DNA from: Planktothrix sp. FACHB-1365
Lineage (GTDB): Bacteria > Cyanobacteriota > Cyanobacteriia > Cyanobacteriales > Microcoleaceae
Reading direction: 5' to 3'
Length of the DNA stretch: 64,000 nucleotides
Assembly (NCBI RefSeq): GCF_014697575.1
Contig: NZ_JACJSC010000008.1
Span: forward strand, 93,075 to 157,074
Of the stretch, positions 1-10,218 are shown piece by piece. The notes below the pieces were generated by a model that did not search any database, was not told where the DNA came from, and worked only from the letters and a program-made list of their open reading frames with translations. Each line of letters starts with the position of its first letter. Position 1 is the stretch's first letter. A program made the position numbers and the translations under genes.

Positions 1-546
1 GCGAATTCCTTGTTTATCCGTAAAGGTTTGCCAAATTTCTCCTTGATAACGAGGAAATAAATCACGATGATGGGTTCCGGTAAATGCTACTAATTTCCCT
101 GAATTATTAAATAAACGAATTAAATAATAATTACTATGATAGGGTGCTAACCGATGAAACTCTTTGCCCTTTTCATTAAGAATAGGTAAGCAATTAACTT
201 CTAAGTTTGGATTAGTTAAAATATTGTTTTTATTAGATTTATTGTTGGGATAGTGAGTAAAAACAAACCGAATATCATCAGTTTTTTTAGAATCTATAAA
301 ACATAAATCAGGAATAATTCTTAACACATCGGGTTCTAACTGTCCGGGTTGTTTTAAAACCGTTTCTAAACTATCATGTAATGCGCCAGCAACGGATTCT
401 ATTTCTCGATCTAAGGTAATCCAATGGGCATGGGCGATCGCTTCATAAACCCCTAAACCACAAATACTAAGAATCACTCCCATCACCCCAGCATAGTAAC
501 AAGTGAAGCGTAATTTTGTCCGTTTAAACAGTGAGTTTTGATTCAT
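1..546 (-). CDS. Sensor histidine kinase, N-terminal part (partial; runs off the window edge). Probable cognate of the adjacent response regulator.
   Basis: The reverse-complement reading from 546 downward is open to the window edge. It begins MNQNSLFKRTKLRFTCYYAGVMGVILSICGLGVY..., a TM helix followed by a periplasmic-type segment. The ATG at 546-544 overlaps the response-regulator TGA stop at 545-543 (ATGA coupling), which implies an RR-HK operon. Confidence 0.45.
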   Translation of the reverse strand, partial: MNQNSLFKRTKLRFTCYYAGVMGVILSICGLGVYEAIAHAHWITLDREIESVAGALHDSLETVLKQPGQLEPDVLRIIPDLCFIDSKKTDDIRFVFTHYPNNKSNKNNILTNPNLEVNCLPILNEKGKEFHRLAPYHSNYYLIRLFNNSGKLVAFTGTHHRDLFPRYQGEIWQTFTDKQGIR

Positions 547-1244
547 GAATTATTATCTATTAAAAAACGATATCCTAAACCATAAACCGTTTCAATCAAA
601 TGATCACAACCAATTTCCGAAAGTTTCCGTCTGAGTAAGCGAATTTGAGCCGCTACAACATTACTTTCCGGTTCAGATCCGATTTCCCAAAGTTGAGCCA
701 AAAGTTGATCGCGGTTAACAATTTGGTTCGGATGTCGCATAAAATAATCTAACAGTTGAAATTCTTTATTGGTTAAACTAATTGTTAAAGGATAATTAGG
801 ATTTTTTTGATCAGAAAATGTATAAAATTGATAATCTAATATAAAATGATTTAATTGTAATTTTTGGGGTTGAAGTTGGGGAGAGCGCCTTTGTAAAGCG
901 CGTAAACGAGCTAATAATTCTCCCATGCCAAAAGGCTTTACTAAATAATCATCTGCCCCGGCATCTAACCCCATAATTTTATCCGCTTCCGTATCTTTTG
1001 CGGTTAAAATTAAAATCGGAATAAAACTACCTTGGTGTCGAAGTTTTTGACACAATTCAATTCCCGATAACCCCGGTAATAACCAATCAAAAATTGCTAA
1101 AGTGTATTGTGTCCATTGATTTTCCAAATAACCCCAAGCTTCTCTGCCATCCTGAACCCAATCTACAACGTAGGCTTTTTGGGTTAATATTCGTTTAATG
1201 GCTTTCCCTAAATCGGGTTCATCTTCCACTAATAAAATTCTCAT
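543..1244 (-). CDS. Two-component response regulator, OmpR family (REC domain + winged-helix DNA-binding domain)
   Basis: N-terminal MRILLVEDEPDLGKAI...ILTAKD...DDYLVKPF is a canonical receiver domain (phospho-acceptor Asp, conserved Lys). C-terminal ...TNKEFQLLDYFMRHPNQIVNRDQLL...YGLGYRF is an OmpR/PhoB winged helix. Confidence 0.85.
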   Translation of the reverse strand: MRILLVEDEPDLGKAIKRILTQKAYVVDWVQDGREAWGYLENQWTQYTLAIFDWLLPGLSGIELCQKLRHQGSFIPILILTAKDTEADKIMGLDAGADDYLVKPFGMGELLARLRALQRRSPQLQPQKLQLNHFILDYQFYTFSDQKNPNYPLTISLTNKEFQLLDYFMRHPNQIVNRDQLLAQLWEIGSEPESNVVAAQIRLLRRKLSEIGCDHLIETVYGLGYRFLIDNNS

Positions 1245-1304
1245 GGGTTACAATCCCTAAAAGGATATAAAATTTTTTTCAGTATAACCCACAAGAATAG
1301 TGTT

Positions 1305-2207
1305 ATGATTCGCCGACGTTCAACCCCTTGGATTCAGCAAAAATCAAGATTTATCATTGCTAGTCTCGCTACCGTTGGTGCAGTGATTACTGCCTATTTA
1401 ACCCTTGTTAAACTGACCGGGGGAACAGCGGCTTGCCCGATCACAGGTTGTGATAAAGTTCTGTCAAGTCCCTATGCGGTTGTCTTTGGTTTACCTCTAG
1501 CTTTGTTTGGATTTTTAGCGTATACAATCATGGCTGGGATGGCTGTTTCGCCTTGGTTAATTAACCCAGAAACCCACAAAAGTTTAAGAACAAAAACCGA
1601 AGATTGGACATGGCTGTTGATATTTGCTCAAGCGTCCGCCATGATGGTTTTCAGTGGCTATCTCATGTATTTAATGGCATTTGTCATTAAATCTTTGTGT
1701 ATTTATTGTATTGCCTCTGCTGTTTGTTCAATCAGTTTATTCATTTTAGCTTTATTAGGTCGAGATTGGGAAGATCGAGGTCAACTCTTTTTTATTACCG
1801 TTGTTGTGGGAATGATCACGTTAATTGGAACCTTAGCGGTTTATTCCCCCATTAATAGCCCTCGTGTTGAAAAAAATCCCTTTAATATCACAACAATTTC
1901 TAACCCGGCAAATATCGAACTAGCTCAATATTTAACGCAGTCTGGAGCTAAAATGTATGGAGCATTTTGGTGTGCTCACTGTCATGAACAGAAAGAATTA
2001 TTTGGCAAACAAGCTGTGGAGAAACTGTCTTATATTGAATGTGAAGAAGGCGGAAAAGATCCTCAACCTGATGTGTGTAAAGCCAAAAATATTCAAGGCT
2101 ATCCGACCTGGGAAGTTAAGGGCCAGATGTATTCAGGAGTCCAAAGTTTAGAAAAGTTAGCAGAGGTTTCAGGATATCCTGGAACTCGTGATTTTGGTTC
2201 GCGTTAA
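1305..2207 (+). CDS. Vitamin K epoxide reductase (VKOR) homologue fused to a C-terminal thioredoxin-like domain
   Basis: Polytopic membrane N-terminus with a CPITGCDKVL CxxC and a second CIYC pair typical of VKOR. The C-terminal domain carries FWCAHCHEQKELFG, a thioredoxin-like CxxC. This fusion is the known cyanobacterial/bacterial VKOR architecture. Confidence 0.75.
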   Translation: MIRRRSTPWIQQKSRFIIASLATVGAVITAYLTLVKLTGGTAACPITGCDKVLSSPYAVVFGLPLALFGFLAYTIMAGMAVSPWLINPETHKSLRTKTEDWTWLLIFAQASAMMVFSGYLMYLMAFVIKSLCIYCIASAVCSISLFILALLGRDWEDRGQLFFITVVVGMITLIGTLAVYSPINSPRVEKNPFNITTISNPANIELAQYLTQSGAKMYGAFWCAHCHEQKELFGKQAVEKLSYIECEEGGKDPQPDVCKAKNIQGYPTWEVKGQMYSGVQSLEKLAEVSGYPGTRDFGSR

Positions 2208-2218
2208 TAGACATAAAA

Positions 2219-2243
2219 TAGAGACGTGCCAAGCGCGTCTCTA
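2219..2243. terminator. Palindromic hairpin TAGAGACG-(9 nt)-CGTCTCTA between convergent genes; candidate bidirectional terminator and a member of the GTAGAGACG palindrome family
   Basis: It lies 12 nt after the VKOR stop and about 70 nt after the end of the convergent 2314..3348 gene. The stem sequence is shared with palindromes at 4418, 47021 and 49945. Confidence 0.35.
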
Positions 2244-2313
2244 CAAGAACCTATTGTGTGAAAATGCGAGTTAAATGAGATGAAAATTCTGAATAGCGTG
2301 GGATTTTAAGCGT

Positions 2314-3348
2314 TTATTTTTGAGAAGCCATTTGAGTTTGCAGTTGTTTTTTAGCGTCTTTGAACTGAGTCGCTAACTGTTCTTGTTCACTGGTCGAGAA
2401 ATTTTTCCGAATCACCGCAAAGACATCATTTTCTTCTTCACGAGTATGGTGGTTAACCATATCTTTGACTTGCTTAATTTTATCTTTGAACAGTGCAGAA
2501 CTCGGACTCAGAGATTTCAGTTCTTCTAAAACCCCTTTCAATTCAGCTTGTTCATTATACAGATTTTGAGTATCATCATAGAAAGAACGAACTTTAGGAT
2601 AAAGGATTTGTTCTTCAGCTTCGGAATGGACACTTAAATCTTTGTATAATTGTCCGAAATATTCTTGAATTTTTTGAGAATCATTGCAATTTTCAATTTC
2701 AGCAATTAACGTTTTAGCCTTCTGATGATCCATCCGAATTACATCTTGAATATTCATATCGGACTTATCAGAACTTTGGGTAACAGCACTTCCCATCACC
2801 CCAGATAAGGCTGCGATCGCATCTTGAACCCGTCCCCAAATGCTTTGATCAGGAGCTTGACCCGTTAATTCTTGGGTTCCTAAATATTCTAAAATTCCTT
2901 TGAGTTTTTCTTGATGAGCGCGGTTTTCAAAGTTAACTGTATTTAAAGGTGTAATAGCAGCTTCCACATCAGCACCGACCACTTGAGCCGCTTTATGAAC
3001 CAATAAACCAGACATGACTTGTTCATGCTTCAGCAGTTCATGTTGAGCCACTTTTTCATAGAAAGTTAAGTCAGATTTATTCATCATCTCTTTGGCGAGA
3101 TCAATCATTTTCGTGGCTTGTTCTTTCGGTTGAGATTGAATGCCATATTGGGTAATAACCGTATCAATGATGCCAATATTTTTGTGGTCATCATCTAACA
3201 TTTCTTGGAATTGTTGACGAATTTCAGGGACATTACACTCCCGAACAAACATCTGTTCAGTTTCGATCAGAAGTTGTTGCACGGTTTTCATGGTCGCCAG
3301 TTTTTGACCAATTGCTTCGCGTTTTGCATCCGTTAAAGTCGTTACCAT
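2314..3348 (-). CDS. Hypothetical protein; possible hemerythrin-like (HHE) metal-binding repeats
   Basis: 344-aa soluble, helical, acidic protein. It has two segments with H...HxxxE/H...AEEQILYP spacing reminiscent of hemerythrin-like cation-binding domains. The assignment is weak. Confidence 0.3.
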   Translation of the reverse strand: MVTTLTDAKREAIGQKLATMKTVQQLLIETEQMFVRECNVPEIRQQFQEMLDDDHKNIGIIDTVITQYGIQSQPKEQATKMIDLAKEMMNKSDLTFYEKVAQHELLKHEQVMSGLLVHKAAQVVGADVEAAITPLNTVNFENRAHQEKLKGILEYLGTQELTGQAPDQSIWGRVQDAIAALSGVMGSAVTQSSDKSDMNIQDVIRMDHQKAKTLIAEIENCNDSQKIQEYFGQLYKDLSVHSEAEEQILYPKVRSFYDDTQNLYNEQAELKGVLEELKSLSPSSALFKDKIKQVKDMVNHHTREEENDVFAVIRKNFSTSEQEQLATQFKDAKKQLQTQMASQK

Positions 3349-3611
3349 GTTGTGTTCTCCAAACTTCTAAATTTCATTTTCATAGATTCTAATTTTGCAT
3401 AGAAAAAACAGGAATTCCTCATCCATAAGACAGATCTACTGTTAAAGCCTTTACAAATAAATCGTTCAGTTTGTCCAAGAAAATTGTTCAGTTTGCAATC
3501 TACAATAAGTTGTAATTGATATTAAATTAATTAAGGCGGGTTGCGATAAGGCTCACCCACCCAACAAAACTTGATGATGCTTTAATTTATGATAAAAAAC
3601 CGAAAAAATCC

Positions 3612-3809
3612 TTATTTTTCATGCCAATTTCCGTCTTCTCCTTTGTCATAATTCCGTTTAACAGCACTCCAAGCAACGCGAAAAGCAATTTCTTCTTGAT
3701 GATATTCATCTAAGGCGTGATTAAAGGCAGCCCGAAAAATTTCTTGAGCGTGCTCTGGTAAATGGGATTTGACAGAATCCGGTAACTCTTCTAAATTTTG
3801 ATAGGGCAT
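3612..3809 (-). CDS. ChaB family protein (putative cation-transport regulator ChaB-like)
   Basis: MPYQNLEELPDSVKSHLPEHAQEIFRAAFNHALDEY...VAWSAVKRNYDKGEDGNWHEK closely parallels enterobacterial ChaB (MPY..SDLPESVK..LP.HAQDIY..AFNSAW......AHKVAWAAVK..Y.KGDD..WHKK). Confidence 0.7.
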   Translation of the reverse strand: MPYQNLEELPDSVKSHLPEHAQEIFRAAFNHALDEYHQEEIAFRVAWSAVKRNYDKGEDGNWHEK

Positions 3810-3843
3810 AAATCCCCCTTCAACTTGTTAAAATTAACAGAAT

Positions 3844-4206
3844 TTACCACCAAATTCGATTTCCATTTTCATCCATCCTCGCCTGACGAATTACATCAGA
3901 AATCTCTTCCGCATCTCTAACATGATGAAGAGCTTTTCTTTCCCCATCGGGATATTCAACCATAAAATAAGTCGGAACAACAATATGATCTCCGGTAATA
4001 TCTGGAGCATCTACCGCAACTTGTTTCGCTTTTTCTGCTAAGGTTTTAGAGTTATCAATCCGGTCTCCAGGGTTAGCCGTGAGTGTTTTGCCATTTTTTT
4101 CTAACTCTTCCTTTTGCCAACGTTTTTGTTGAGGATCAACTTCCTGGGGACTCATCGGTTGTTCAAATTCTTTTAAATTCGCTCTAGGTTCAGAATCACG
4201 ATTCAT
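3844..4206 (-). CDS. Hypothetical protein (small, acidic, conserved-looking C-terminus ...NGNRIWW)
   Basis: 120-aa ORF co-oriented with and immediately upstream of the ChaB-like gene. No recognisable motif. Confidence 0.4.
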   Translation of the reverse strand: MNRDSEPRANLKEFEQPMSPQEVDPQQKRWQKEELEKNGKTLTANPGDRIDNSKTLAEKAKQVAVDAPDITGDHIVVPTYFMVEYPDGERKALHHVRDAEEISDVIRQARMDENGNRIWW

Positions 4207-4370
4207 TTTAAATCTCCTGATTTTAAGGCTTTTTTAACTATTTATACTTTAATCAATTCAAGATCTAACCTTCATCTTTCGTGGGGAATAACCTATACAA
4301 GTTCTACAATTACTGTTATAAAGTTGAGGCTGATTTTTCCTATTTTAATTCATAATAAACTATCTAATTA

Positions 4371-4481
4371 TATGAAATCCCATTATGAACGCTACAGATG
4401 ATCCCCCCAACCCCCCTGTAGAGACGTTGCATGCAACGTCTCTACAGGGGGATTTGTAGCCAACATTTAGGGATTTCATAT
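4371..4481. mobile_element. MITE-like ~110-bp element, copy A: terminal inverted repeats TATGAAATCCC / GGGATTTCATA around a perfect 40-bp palindrome CCCCCTGTAGAGACGTTGCATGCAACGTCTCTACAGGGGG
   Basis: The element is almost entirely self-complementary, giving a long hairpin. A near-identical copy sits in inverted orientation at 49913..50023. It is intergenic between two minus-strand genes. Confidence 0.55.
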
Positions 4482-4597
4482 TATTTCCAATAAATTGTAA
4501 TATTTTATTGTAGAGGCTGGGTTTTTAATCCTAAGTAAAGATGGGGTTGGAAGGGACACCACCCCTACAGTTTTTTTGAATGATTGAGGATTTCTCT

Positions 4598-6289
4598 TTA
4601 ACTTCCTAATACCGAATTGGTAATGGATTTAAGCGATTGATAAGCTTCAGTCAAAGTTTGAGAAACGGGTTGTTGATGGTGTAAAAATACCCTGGCACAA
4701 TTGCGACCCGGTAAGCCAGAAATTGAGCCGCCTGGATGGGTTCCGGCTCCCGTTAAAAATAGCCCTTTAATGGGAGTGTGATAATTTGCGATTTCTGGTA
4801 AAGGACGGAAGAAGATCATTTGTTCTAAGGTCATATCAATATGATAGTAATTCCCATTCAAAGCTCCTAATCTTTCTCCTAATTCTGCTGGACTTTCAAC
4901 TCGACGAGCAATAATCGATTGTTTTAAATTCGGGGAATAGTCCGCTAATTTATCTAAAACTCGATCTGCTACTTTATGTTTTAATTCATCTGTCCAACCT
5001 GTTCCTTTTAATCCTGTACCTTCGGCTCCAGCGATTTGATAAGGGGCAAAAAATTCAATCCACAGGGTATGTTTTCCTTCAGGTGCCATCGTTGGATCAA
5101 GCATTGTTGGAACCACAACATACATCGAAGGATCAGCATCAGGAATTTTGCCTAAAGTAGTATCATGGTGAGCAATTTCCACCTGTTTAACCGAGTCCGC
5201 AATTAATACAGAACCTATCAAATATTCATCTCGATGATCATGATGTTCAAACCGCAAAGGTTCCGATAATGCACAATCAATTTTGAGAATTGTTTCATTA
5301 TTATTAACAATTCGCCGTTCTAACCGTTCTCGCAATTCAGAATCGGCATCATCGACATCCGCAGCATCCATTAAATGCAGAAATAATCGTTTCGCATCAA
5401 TATTAGAAATTACTCCTTTATTAGCTCGATATTCTTTGCCATTGGCAACTCTAACTCCAATGGCTTTTCCATCATCAACTAATACTTTTTCAACGTGTTG
5501 ATCCGTTAAAATTTCACCGCCATGAGCTTGAATTAAATTTAATAAAGCTTGAACTAATGCTCCTGTTCCTCCTTTCGGTCTAGCCATTCCTGGATGGTGT
5601 CGCATGGTCATCATCATCGCACCAACGGCGAGATTTTTTTGTGACGGTGGCGTTCCTAATTCTGATGCTAACCGAGCTAAAGGTGCTTTGAGAAATTCCT
5701 CATCAAACCATTCATTTAATAAGTCCTCAGCACTGCTTAACATGGTTCGAGCAAAATCGAGGGCTTTTTCCGGGGAACCCAAAACAGAAAACAAATCTTT
5801 CAGTTTACTAATATTGTAGTTTCCAGCAATATCAATAACAGATTGAGGGGGAGCGCTAAAAATGGGAATTGCAGCATTAATAAACCGTTGCCAAAATCCG
5901 ACAAAATCTCGATATTTAGCGGCATCTCTGGCATTATATCGTCCAATTTCAGCACAGGTTTCTTCAATGGATTTATGGGCTAAAAAGTATTTACCATCAG
6001 GATGAGGACAAAATACAATCGGATCACAAAATAAATATTCTAATCCATATTTATGCAGTTCTAATTCCTCTACTACTGGCCCTAAATGAATAAATTCATG
6101 ATCAATCGCACACAGATTAAATTTAAACCCCGGAGCTTCTTGAGGAAGGGCTTCTTCTGTCGTAGCAGCCCCCCCAGGAACAGAACGTTTTTCGAGTAAT
6201 AAAACACTGTATCCTGCTTTTAAAAGATAGGAAGCACAAGTTAAACCGTTGTGACCTGCTCCAATGATAATAACGTCGTAACTGTCCAT
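4598..6289 (-). CDS. FAD-dependent oxidoreductase of the phytoene desaturase / carotenoid isomerase (CrtI/CrtH-like) family
   Basis: N-terminal dinucleotide-binding motif DVIIIGAGHNGLTCASYLLKAGYSVLLLEKRSVPGGAATT. The 563-aa length and C-terminal GTHPGGSISG motif are typical of this amine-oxidase-fold family. Confidence 0.65.
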   Translation of the reverse strand: MDSYDVIIIGAGHNGLTCASYLLKAGYSVLLLEKRSVPGGAATTEEALPQEAPGFKFNLCAIDHEFIHLGPVVEELELHKYGLEYLFCDPIVFCPHPDGKYFLAHKSIEETCAEIGRYNARDAAKYRDFVGFWQRFINAAIPIFSAPPQSVIDIAGNYNISKLKDLFSVLGSPEKALDFARTMLSSAEDLLNEWFDEEFLKAPLARLASELGTPPSQKNLAVGAMMMTMRHHPGMARPKGGTGALVQALLNLIQAHGGEILTDQHVEKVLVDDGKAIGVRVANGKEYRANKGVISNIDAKRLFLHLMDAADVDDADSELRERLERRIVNNNETILKIDCALSEPLRFEHHDHRDEYLIGSVLIADSVKQVEIAHHDTTLGKIPDADPSMYVVVPTMLDPTMAPEGKHTLWIEFFAPYQIAGAEGTGLKGTGWTDELKHKVADRVLDKLADYSPNLKQSIIARRVESPAELGERLGALNGNYYHIDMTLEQMIFFRPLPEIANYHTPIKGLFLTGAGTHPGGSISGLPGRNCARVFLHHQQPVSQTLTEAYQSLKSITNSVLGS

Positions 6290-6372
6290 AATTGTTGCTT
6301 TTTTTGAATTAGTTTAATGAAAACTTTAGGGCGCATTAGGAGTTTTTATAATGCACCCTAGCTAGAATTTTT

Positions 6373-6951
6373 TTAAGCTTGGTGAGGATTTCCATCTCCG
6401 ATAACAGCAATTTTATGGCGATAGACTAATTCACCACCATACCATCCTGTAATTCCTAAAAGTCCAGCCACAACTAAAGACAGAATAATTCCCCAAGGAG
6501 CAATACTATCAATAACATTATCCCACCGTAAAAATAAACTAATTCCTGATAATACTAACGCAGTAATATTACCGACCATGTGAATCCATCCCGCTTTATG
6601 TTCTCGGACTCGATGAATTTTAAAGAAATCTAACATTCCTGTTAATCCAGCTAAAATTCCAGTTAAAATTCCACCTACAATTAACCAAAATGATGCGGTT
6701 GCCCAAAATGAGGAATTGGTTAATAAAAATAGAATATCTGTCAATAAAGCTGTTGTTAAAAAAGCAACGGGAAAGGTAACAATTAAAGGATGCAGAGGAT
6801 GTCCTAAAATTGCAACACTACTGGGAATACCACTATCATAATATTCCCGTTCGTTGCCTTCAATTAAAGGTTCTAAATGAGTAATGCGGGTCATGAGTTG
6901 ATCTCCAATGGTAAATGTAGGTAAATGTCTGAGGTTGAGCATAAACTTCAA
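6373..6951 (-). CDS. Integral membrane protein (4-5 TM helices), function unknown
   Basis: Hydrophobic helices throughout (FLTTALLTDILFLL..., FWLIVGGILTGILAGLTG..., ALVLSGISLFL..., LSLVVAGLLGITGWYGG). Confidence 0.45.
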   Translation of the reverse strand: MKFMLNLRHLPTFTIGDQLMTRITHLEPLIEGNEREYYDSGIPSSVAILGHPLHPLIVTFPVAFLTTALLTDILFLLTNSSFWATASFWLIVGGILTGILAGLTGMLDFFKIHRVREHKAGWIHMVGNITALVLSGISLFLRWDNVIDSIAPWGIILSLVVAGLLGITGWYGGELVYRHKIAVIGDGNPHQA

Positions 6952-6957
6952 CCAAAA

Positions 6958-7704
6958 CTAACTAGCTGATGGAAAAGATTCAACATCGGCTTCTGCTAAC
7001 AAGGTGATTTTTTGAGGCTCTAAATTTAAGCGTTGAATGCGAAGATTTACCCCTTTCAAGTTAAAATTATCTAAATTTAAGAGTTCGCTAGATTCATCAA
7101 TTAACGCCTGAGTTAATTCAGGAGAAACATTTCCTCCTTGAGAATATTGAATATCCTTGAGTTGAATCGTTTTGCGATCTGAACTGACCTCCGGTAAAGC
7201 TGTAAATGCAATTTTTGAGGATTCTCCCTTGGGGTGTGAAATCAGATAAGCTTGGAGAAAAAATCGACCATCTCCAGGGAGTTTGAATTCAACCGCTTGA
7301 GTATCAATAATGTTCTGATTTCCCTCAACTGCAATTTCTAAACCTTGCAGTTTTTTGAGAATATAATCAGAATTAAAAGCCCGATTAATATCGGCTTCTG
7401 TTAACACAACTTCAGCCGTTGCTTGGGTCGGATGTTTAAGTTCAATTTGTCCGAAAGCAACACTCAGGGGATTAATAGAAATTTCAGAAGTTTTCATTTC
7501 CATTTTTTCCATTCTCAAGTCGCTTTTCATCACCATTCCTGTTCCTGAAATTGTGGCGGAGTCAACTTGACCCTGAACTAACTTAATCGGATCAGTATTA
7601 ACATTGACATCCAGTTCTTCAACTTCATCTAATTGACTAGCTAGAGTCATTTCTGCTAGTTTGCTTAAGGCTTGTTCTCCTAAATCATCGTGTTTCTGAC
7701 TCAC
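6958..7704 (-). CDS. Hypothetical protein, possibly DUF2993/LmeA-like
   Basis: 248-aa soluble protein. The N-terminal region with ALSKLAEMTLASQLDEVEELDVNVNTDPIKLVQGQVDSATISGTG resembles the conserved start of DUF2993 proteins. This is a recollection, not verified. Confidence 0.35.
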   Translation of the reverse strand: MSQKHDDLGEQALSKLAEMTLASQLDEVEELDVNVNTDPIKLVQGQVDSATISGTGMVMKSDLRMEKMEMKTSEISINPLSVAFGQIELKHPTQATAEVVLTEADINRAFNSDYILKKLQGLEIAVEGNQNIIDTQAVEFKLPGDGRFFLQAYLISHPKGESSKIAFTALPEVSSDRKTIQLKDIQYSQGGNVSPELTQALIDESSELLNLDNFNLKGVNLRIQRLNLEPQKITLLAEADVESFPSAS

Positions 7705-7915
7705 TCAAATTATCCTCAGTCTGGGTTGAGGATATTGTATGGAATTGGAGCCAACTGTTAATCTATATTTAGGTAGAGAACCGGATTAAGTTTATGCTTC
7801 CTGATGGAGAAATATCGAGATATTTTTCATAATCTATTCCTGAAGAAAGAGGAGAACAATATTGTTTTTGATAATAGTAGTTTTAGTAATGCTTATTTTT
7901 TGGGAGAATAAAAAA

Positions 7916-8245
7916 ATGCCTCATCAAAATCATAAATCTGGACTTGAAATTGTCCTACAATGTGCAGTTGAGTGTGAACACTGTGCCGATGAATGTATCG
8001 GAAATATGCCAGAATGCGCTCGTTTATGCCGAGATTGTTCTCAACTCTGTTGGGCAATTGCAGGGTTTATGAGTCGCGGTTCCCGCTTTATTGCGCCTCT
8101 GTGTCGGACTTGTTTAGAAATTTGTGAAGCTTGCGCTAAAGAATGTCAAAAACACAATAACACTCACTGTCAAAACTGTGCTAAAGCTTGCCAAAATGTG
8201 GCTGAAGAATACCGCAAAATTGCAATGGTGGGTGCTGCGATTTAA
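7916..8245 (+). CDS. Cys-rich four-helix-bundle protein (DUF326-like, copper-storage/ferredoxin-like Cys repeats)
   Basis: Repeated CxxxC / CxxC spacing (CAVECEHCADEC, CARLCRDCSQLC, CRTCLEICEACAKEC, CQNCAKACQN), about 18 Cys in 110 aa. The start was moved to the internal Met (MPHQNH); the listed ORF began 18 codons earlier in a hydrophobic, AT-rich stretch. Confidence 0.6.
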   Translation: MPHQNHKSGLEIVLQCAVECEHCADECIGNMPECARLCRDCSQLCWAIAGFMSRGSRFIAPLCRTCLEICEACAKECQKHNNTHCQNCAKACQNVAEEYRKIAMVGAAI

Positions 8246-8286
8246 GGTTGTCTTTTAATCATAATAACGAAATCTCTAGCTATTCT

Positions 8287-10125
8287 CTAACTCTGTTTCC
8301 AAATTTTAATGCTTCCATCTCCATGACTACTGGCGAAAGTATGACCATCGGGGGTAATAAAAGTAACGGAATAAATCGCGCCACCTTGAGGGTTTAAACT
8401 CTCGATTAATTCTCCGGTGTGTAAATTCCAGATATTAATCGTTTGATCAGAGCTACCACTGGCTATTCTATTACCATCAGGACTAATTGCAACGGTATAA
8501 ACGCAATTTTTATGGTGATTTAACGTGCGAATCAGTTGACCTTTTTGCAGATTCCAAATAAACAGTTTACCATCATCGCTACTCGTGACAATAAATTGAT
8601 TATCGGGACTAATGGCTAAAGATCGGATATAAAATCGTTGAACTAAAGTTCGGCAAATTTTCATATTTCTCAAGTCCCAAATCATCACTTTTCTATCCCT
8701 TCCGCCACTAACAATAAAATCCCAATTAGAAGTCATATCGACACAATCAACAGCCCCAGAATGTTTATAAAGGGTTCTGAGGTTTTCTCCGGTGGCGACT
8801 TTCCATAACTGCACGGTATAATCCCAACAGCCACTAATTAAGTTTTCGCCATCGGGAGTAAATTTTAAACTGGTAATATAATGAGAATGAACTTTAATAG
8901 TTTTGATTAATGCTCCGGTTTGTAAATTCCAAAGTTTTATAGTATTATCACAACTCCCACTGGCTATTATAGAAGAATTGGGACTAATAGCAACGGCATA
9001 AATATGATCGTGATGTCCAGTAAAGGTGTGTAACAATTCTCCGGTTTGAGGATTTAAAACTTTAACACTTTTATCTTTACTTCCGGTGACTAAAATTTGA
9101 CCGTTGGTGCTGATAGTACAGCAAAAAATATTAGCGGAATGGAGTTTTAGAGTTTGGATACAATTCCATTTTTCGACGGTTGAGAGAGGTTCATTAATTT
9201 TTTGAACATCTCGAATCATCAAATTAATTTCTTGAACTGCATTAATATTCCCTTGTTTAGAATATAAATCGGAAGCATCTAATAAATTATCAATAGCTGC
9301 CTGTTTTTGACCTATTTTAAAGTAAGCTATTCCGCGATAACGATAAGCATCTGCATAAGTAGGTTGTAGTTGTAATGCTTTCGTATAATTTTTAATGGCG
9401 GTTTGATAATCTCCCTGTTGTTCAGCACAATTTAACCCAGATTCTAGGTAAAAATCGGGATTATTGGTTAAGCCTTTTAAGAAATTCCTTAGACCGTCGC
9501 CATAATGTAAGTCATTAATCTGCAATTTAACAATACTGTGATTTTGATAATATTCTAAAGGGATTTCTTTTTGTTCAATGCGTTTCTGAAGTAAACGAGC
9601 GGGAAGAAACCCAGCAATAATAGCAGAATATTCGGATTTAAACTCATCAAATTTAACAATAGTCTGAGAATTAGAATAAATTAAGATACAAACAATAGCT
9701 TGATTTTTAGTAATTTCTTCCCAACTTACCCACCATTGCGCCATTGTTGGAGAACTATAGCGAGTTTTCACTTGAATTCCAATCGAATAATCCGTACTAA
9801 TACGGAGATCAATCAGACCATCGCCAGTTTCTGGGATAATTTCATAGTTAATATTACCGACCAAATCTCCTAAATATTTCTTAACGATTTCTTCTCCCAG
9901 TTTTCCCATCATCGTATTTCTGAAAACCACTTGCGGGTCAACTTTCCGATATTTTCTAACCATATCCCAAGCGTGTTGACGAATGGGGTTTAAGTCCTGA
10001 CCCGAAAGGGTTTTAATCTCTCCATAAATTCCCGGTCTTTCATAACAGAGTAAACTATTTAATCCATTTTTGAGACGATGAATAAACTCGGCTTGTTTGT
10101 CTTTGAGATAATCATTTAGGTACAT
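8287..10125 (-). CDS. WD40-repeat protein with TPR region and an N-terminal ~230-aa domain of unknown function (possible PD-(D/E)xK-like)
   Basis: The C-terminal ~320 aa hold at least 7 WD repeats (GHHDHIYAVAISPNSSIIASGSCDNTIKLWNL..., repeated WD dipeptides). The middle has TPR-like YRYRGIAYFKIGQKQAAIDNL. The N-terminus has GDGLIDLRISTDYSIGIQVKTR, a D...D...QVK pattern like a degenerate nuclease core. Confidence 0.8.
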   Translation of the reverse strand: MYLNDYLKDKQAEFIHRLKNGLNSLLCYERPGIYGEIKTLSGQDLNPIRQHAWDMVRKYRKVDPQVVFRNTMMGKLGEEIVKKYLGDLVGNINYEIIPETGDGLIDLRISTDYSIGIQVKTRYSSPTMAQWWVSWEEITKNQAIVCILIYSNSQTIVKFDEFKSEYSAIIAGFLPARLLQKRIEQKEIPLEYYQNHSIVKLQINDLHYGDGLRNFLKGLTNNPDFYLESGLNCAEQQGDYQTAIKNYTKALQLQPTYADAYRYRGIAYFKIGQKQAAIDNLLDASDLYSKQGNINAVQEINLMIRDVQKINEPLSTVEKWNCIQTLKLHSANIFCCTISTNGQILVTGSKDKSVKVLNPQTGELLHTFTGHHDHIYAVAISPNSSIIASGSCDNTIKLWNLQTGALIKTIKVHSHYITSLKFTPDGENLISGCWDYTVQLWKVATGENLRTLYKHSGAVDCVDMTSNWDFIVSGGRDRKVMIWDLRNMKICRTLVQRFYIRSLAISPDNQFIVTSSDDGKLFIWNLQKGQLIRTLNHHKNCVYTVAISPDGNRIASGSSDQTINIWNLHTGELIESLNPQGGAIYSVTFITPDGHTFASSHGDGSIKIWKQS

Positions 10126-10218
10126 AGGTCTTGTGATTCCCTCTGAATTGGTGCAATCCCTGGTTTTATTTTATAGTGATAGGGAGGATAAAGTGATAAT
10201 AAATATAATAGCCACACC

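Noticed and set aside
1957-2151. 64-aa ORF inside the VKOR-thioredoxin gene
   Set aside because: It is an alternate frame of a well-supported CDS and covers the thioredoxin CxxC region.
5283-5819. Two antisense ORFs within the FAD-oxidoreductase gene
   Set aside because: They are Ser/Arg-rich low-complexity translations of the opposite strand of a clear Rossmann-fold gene.
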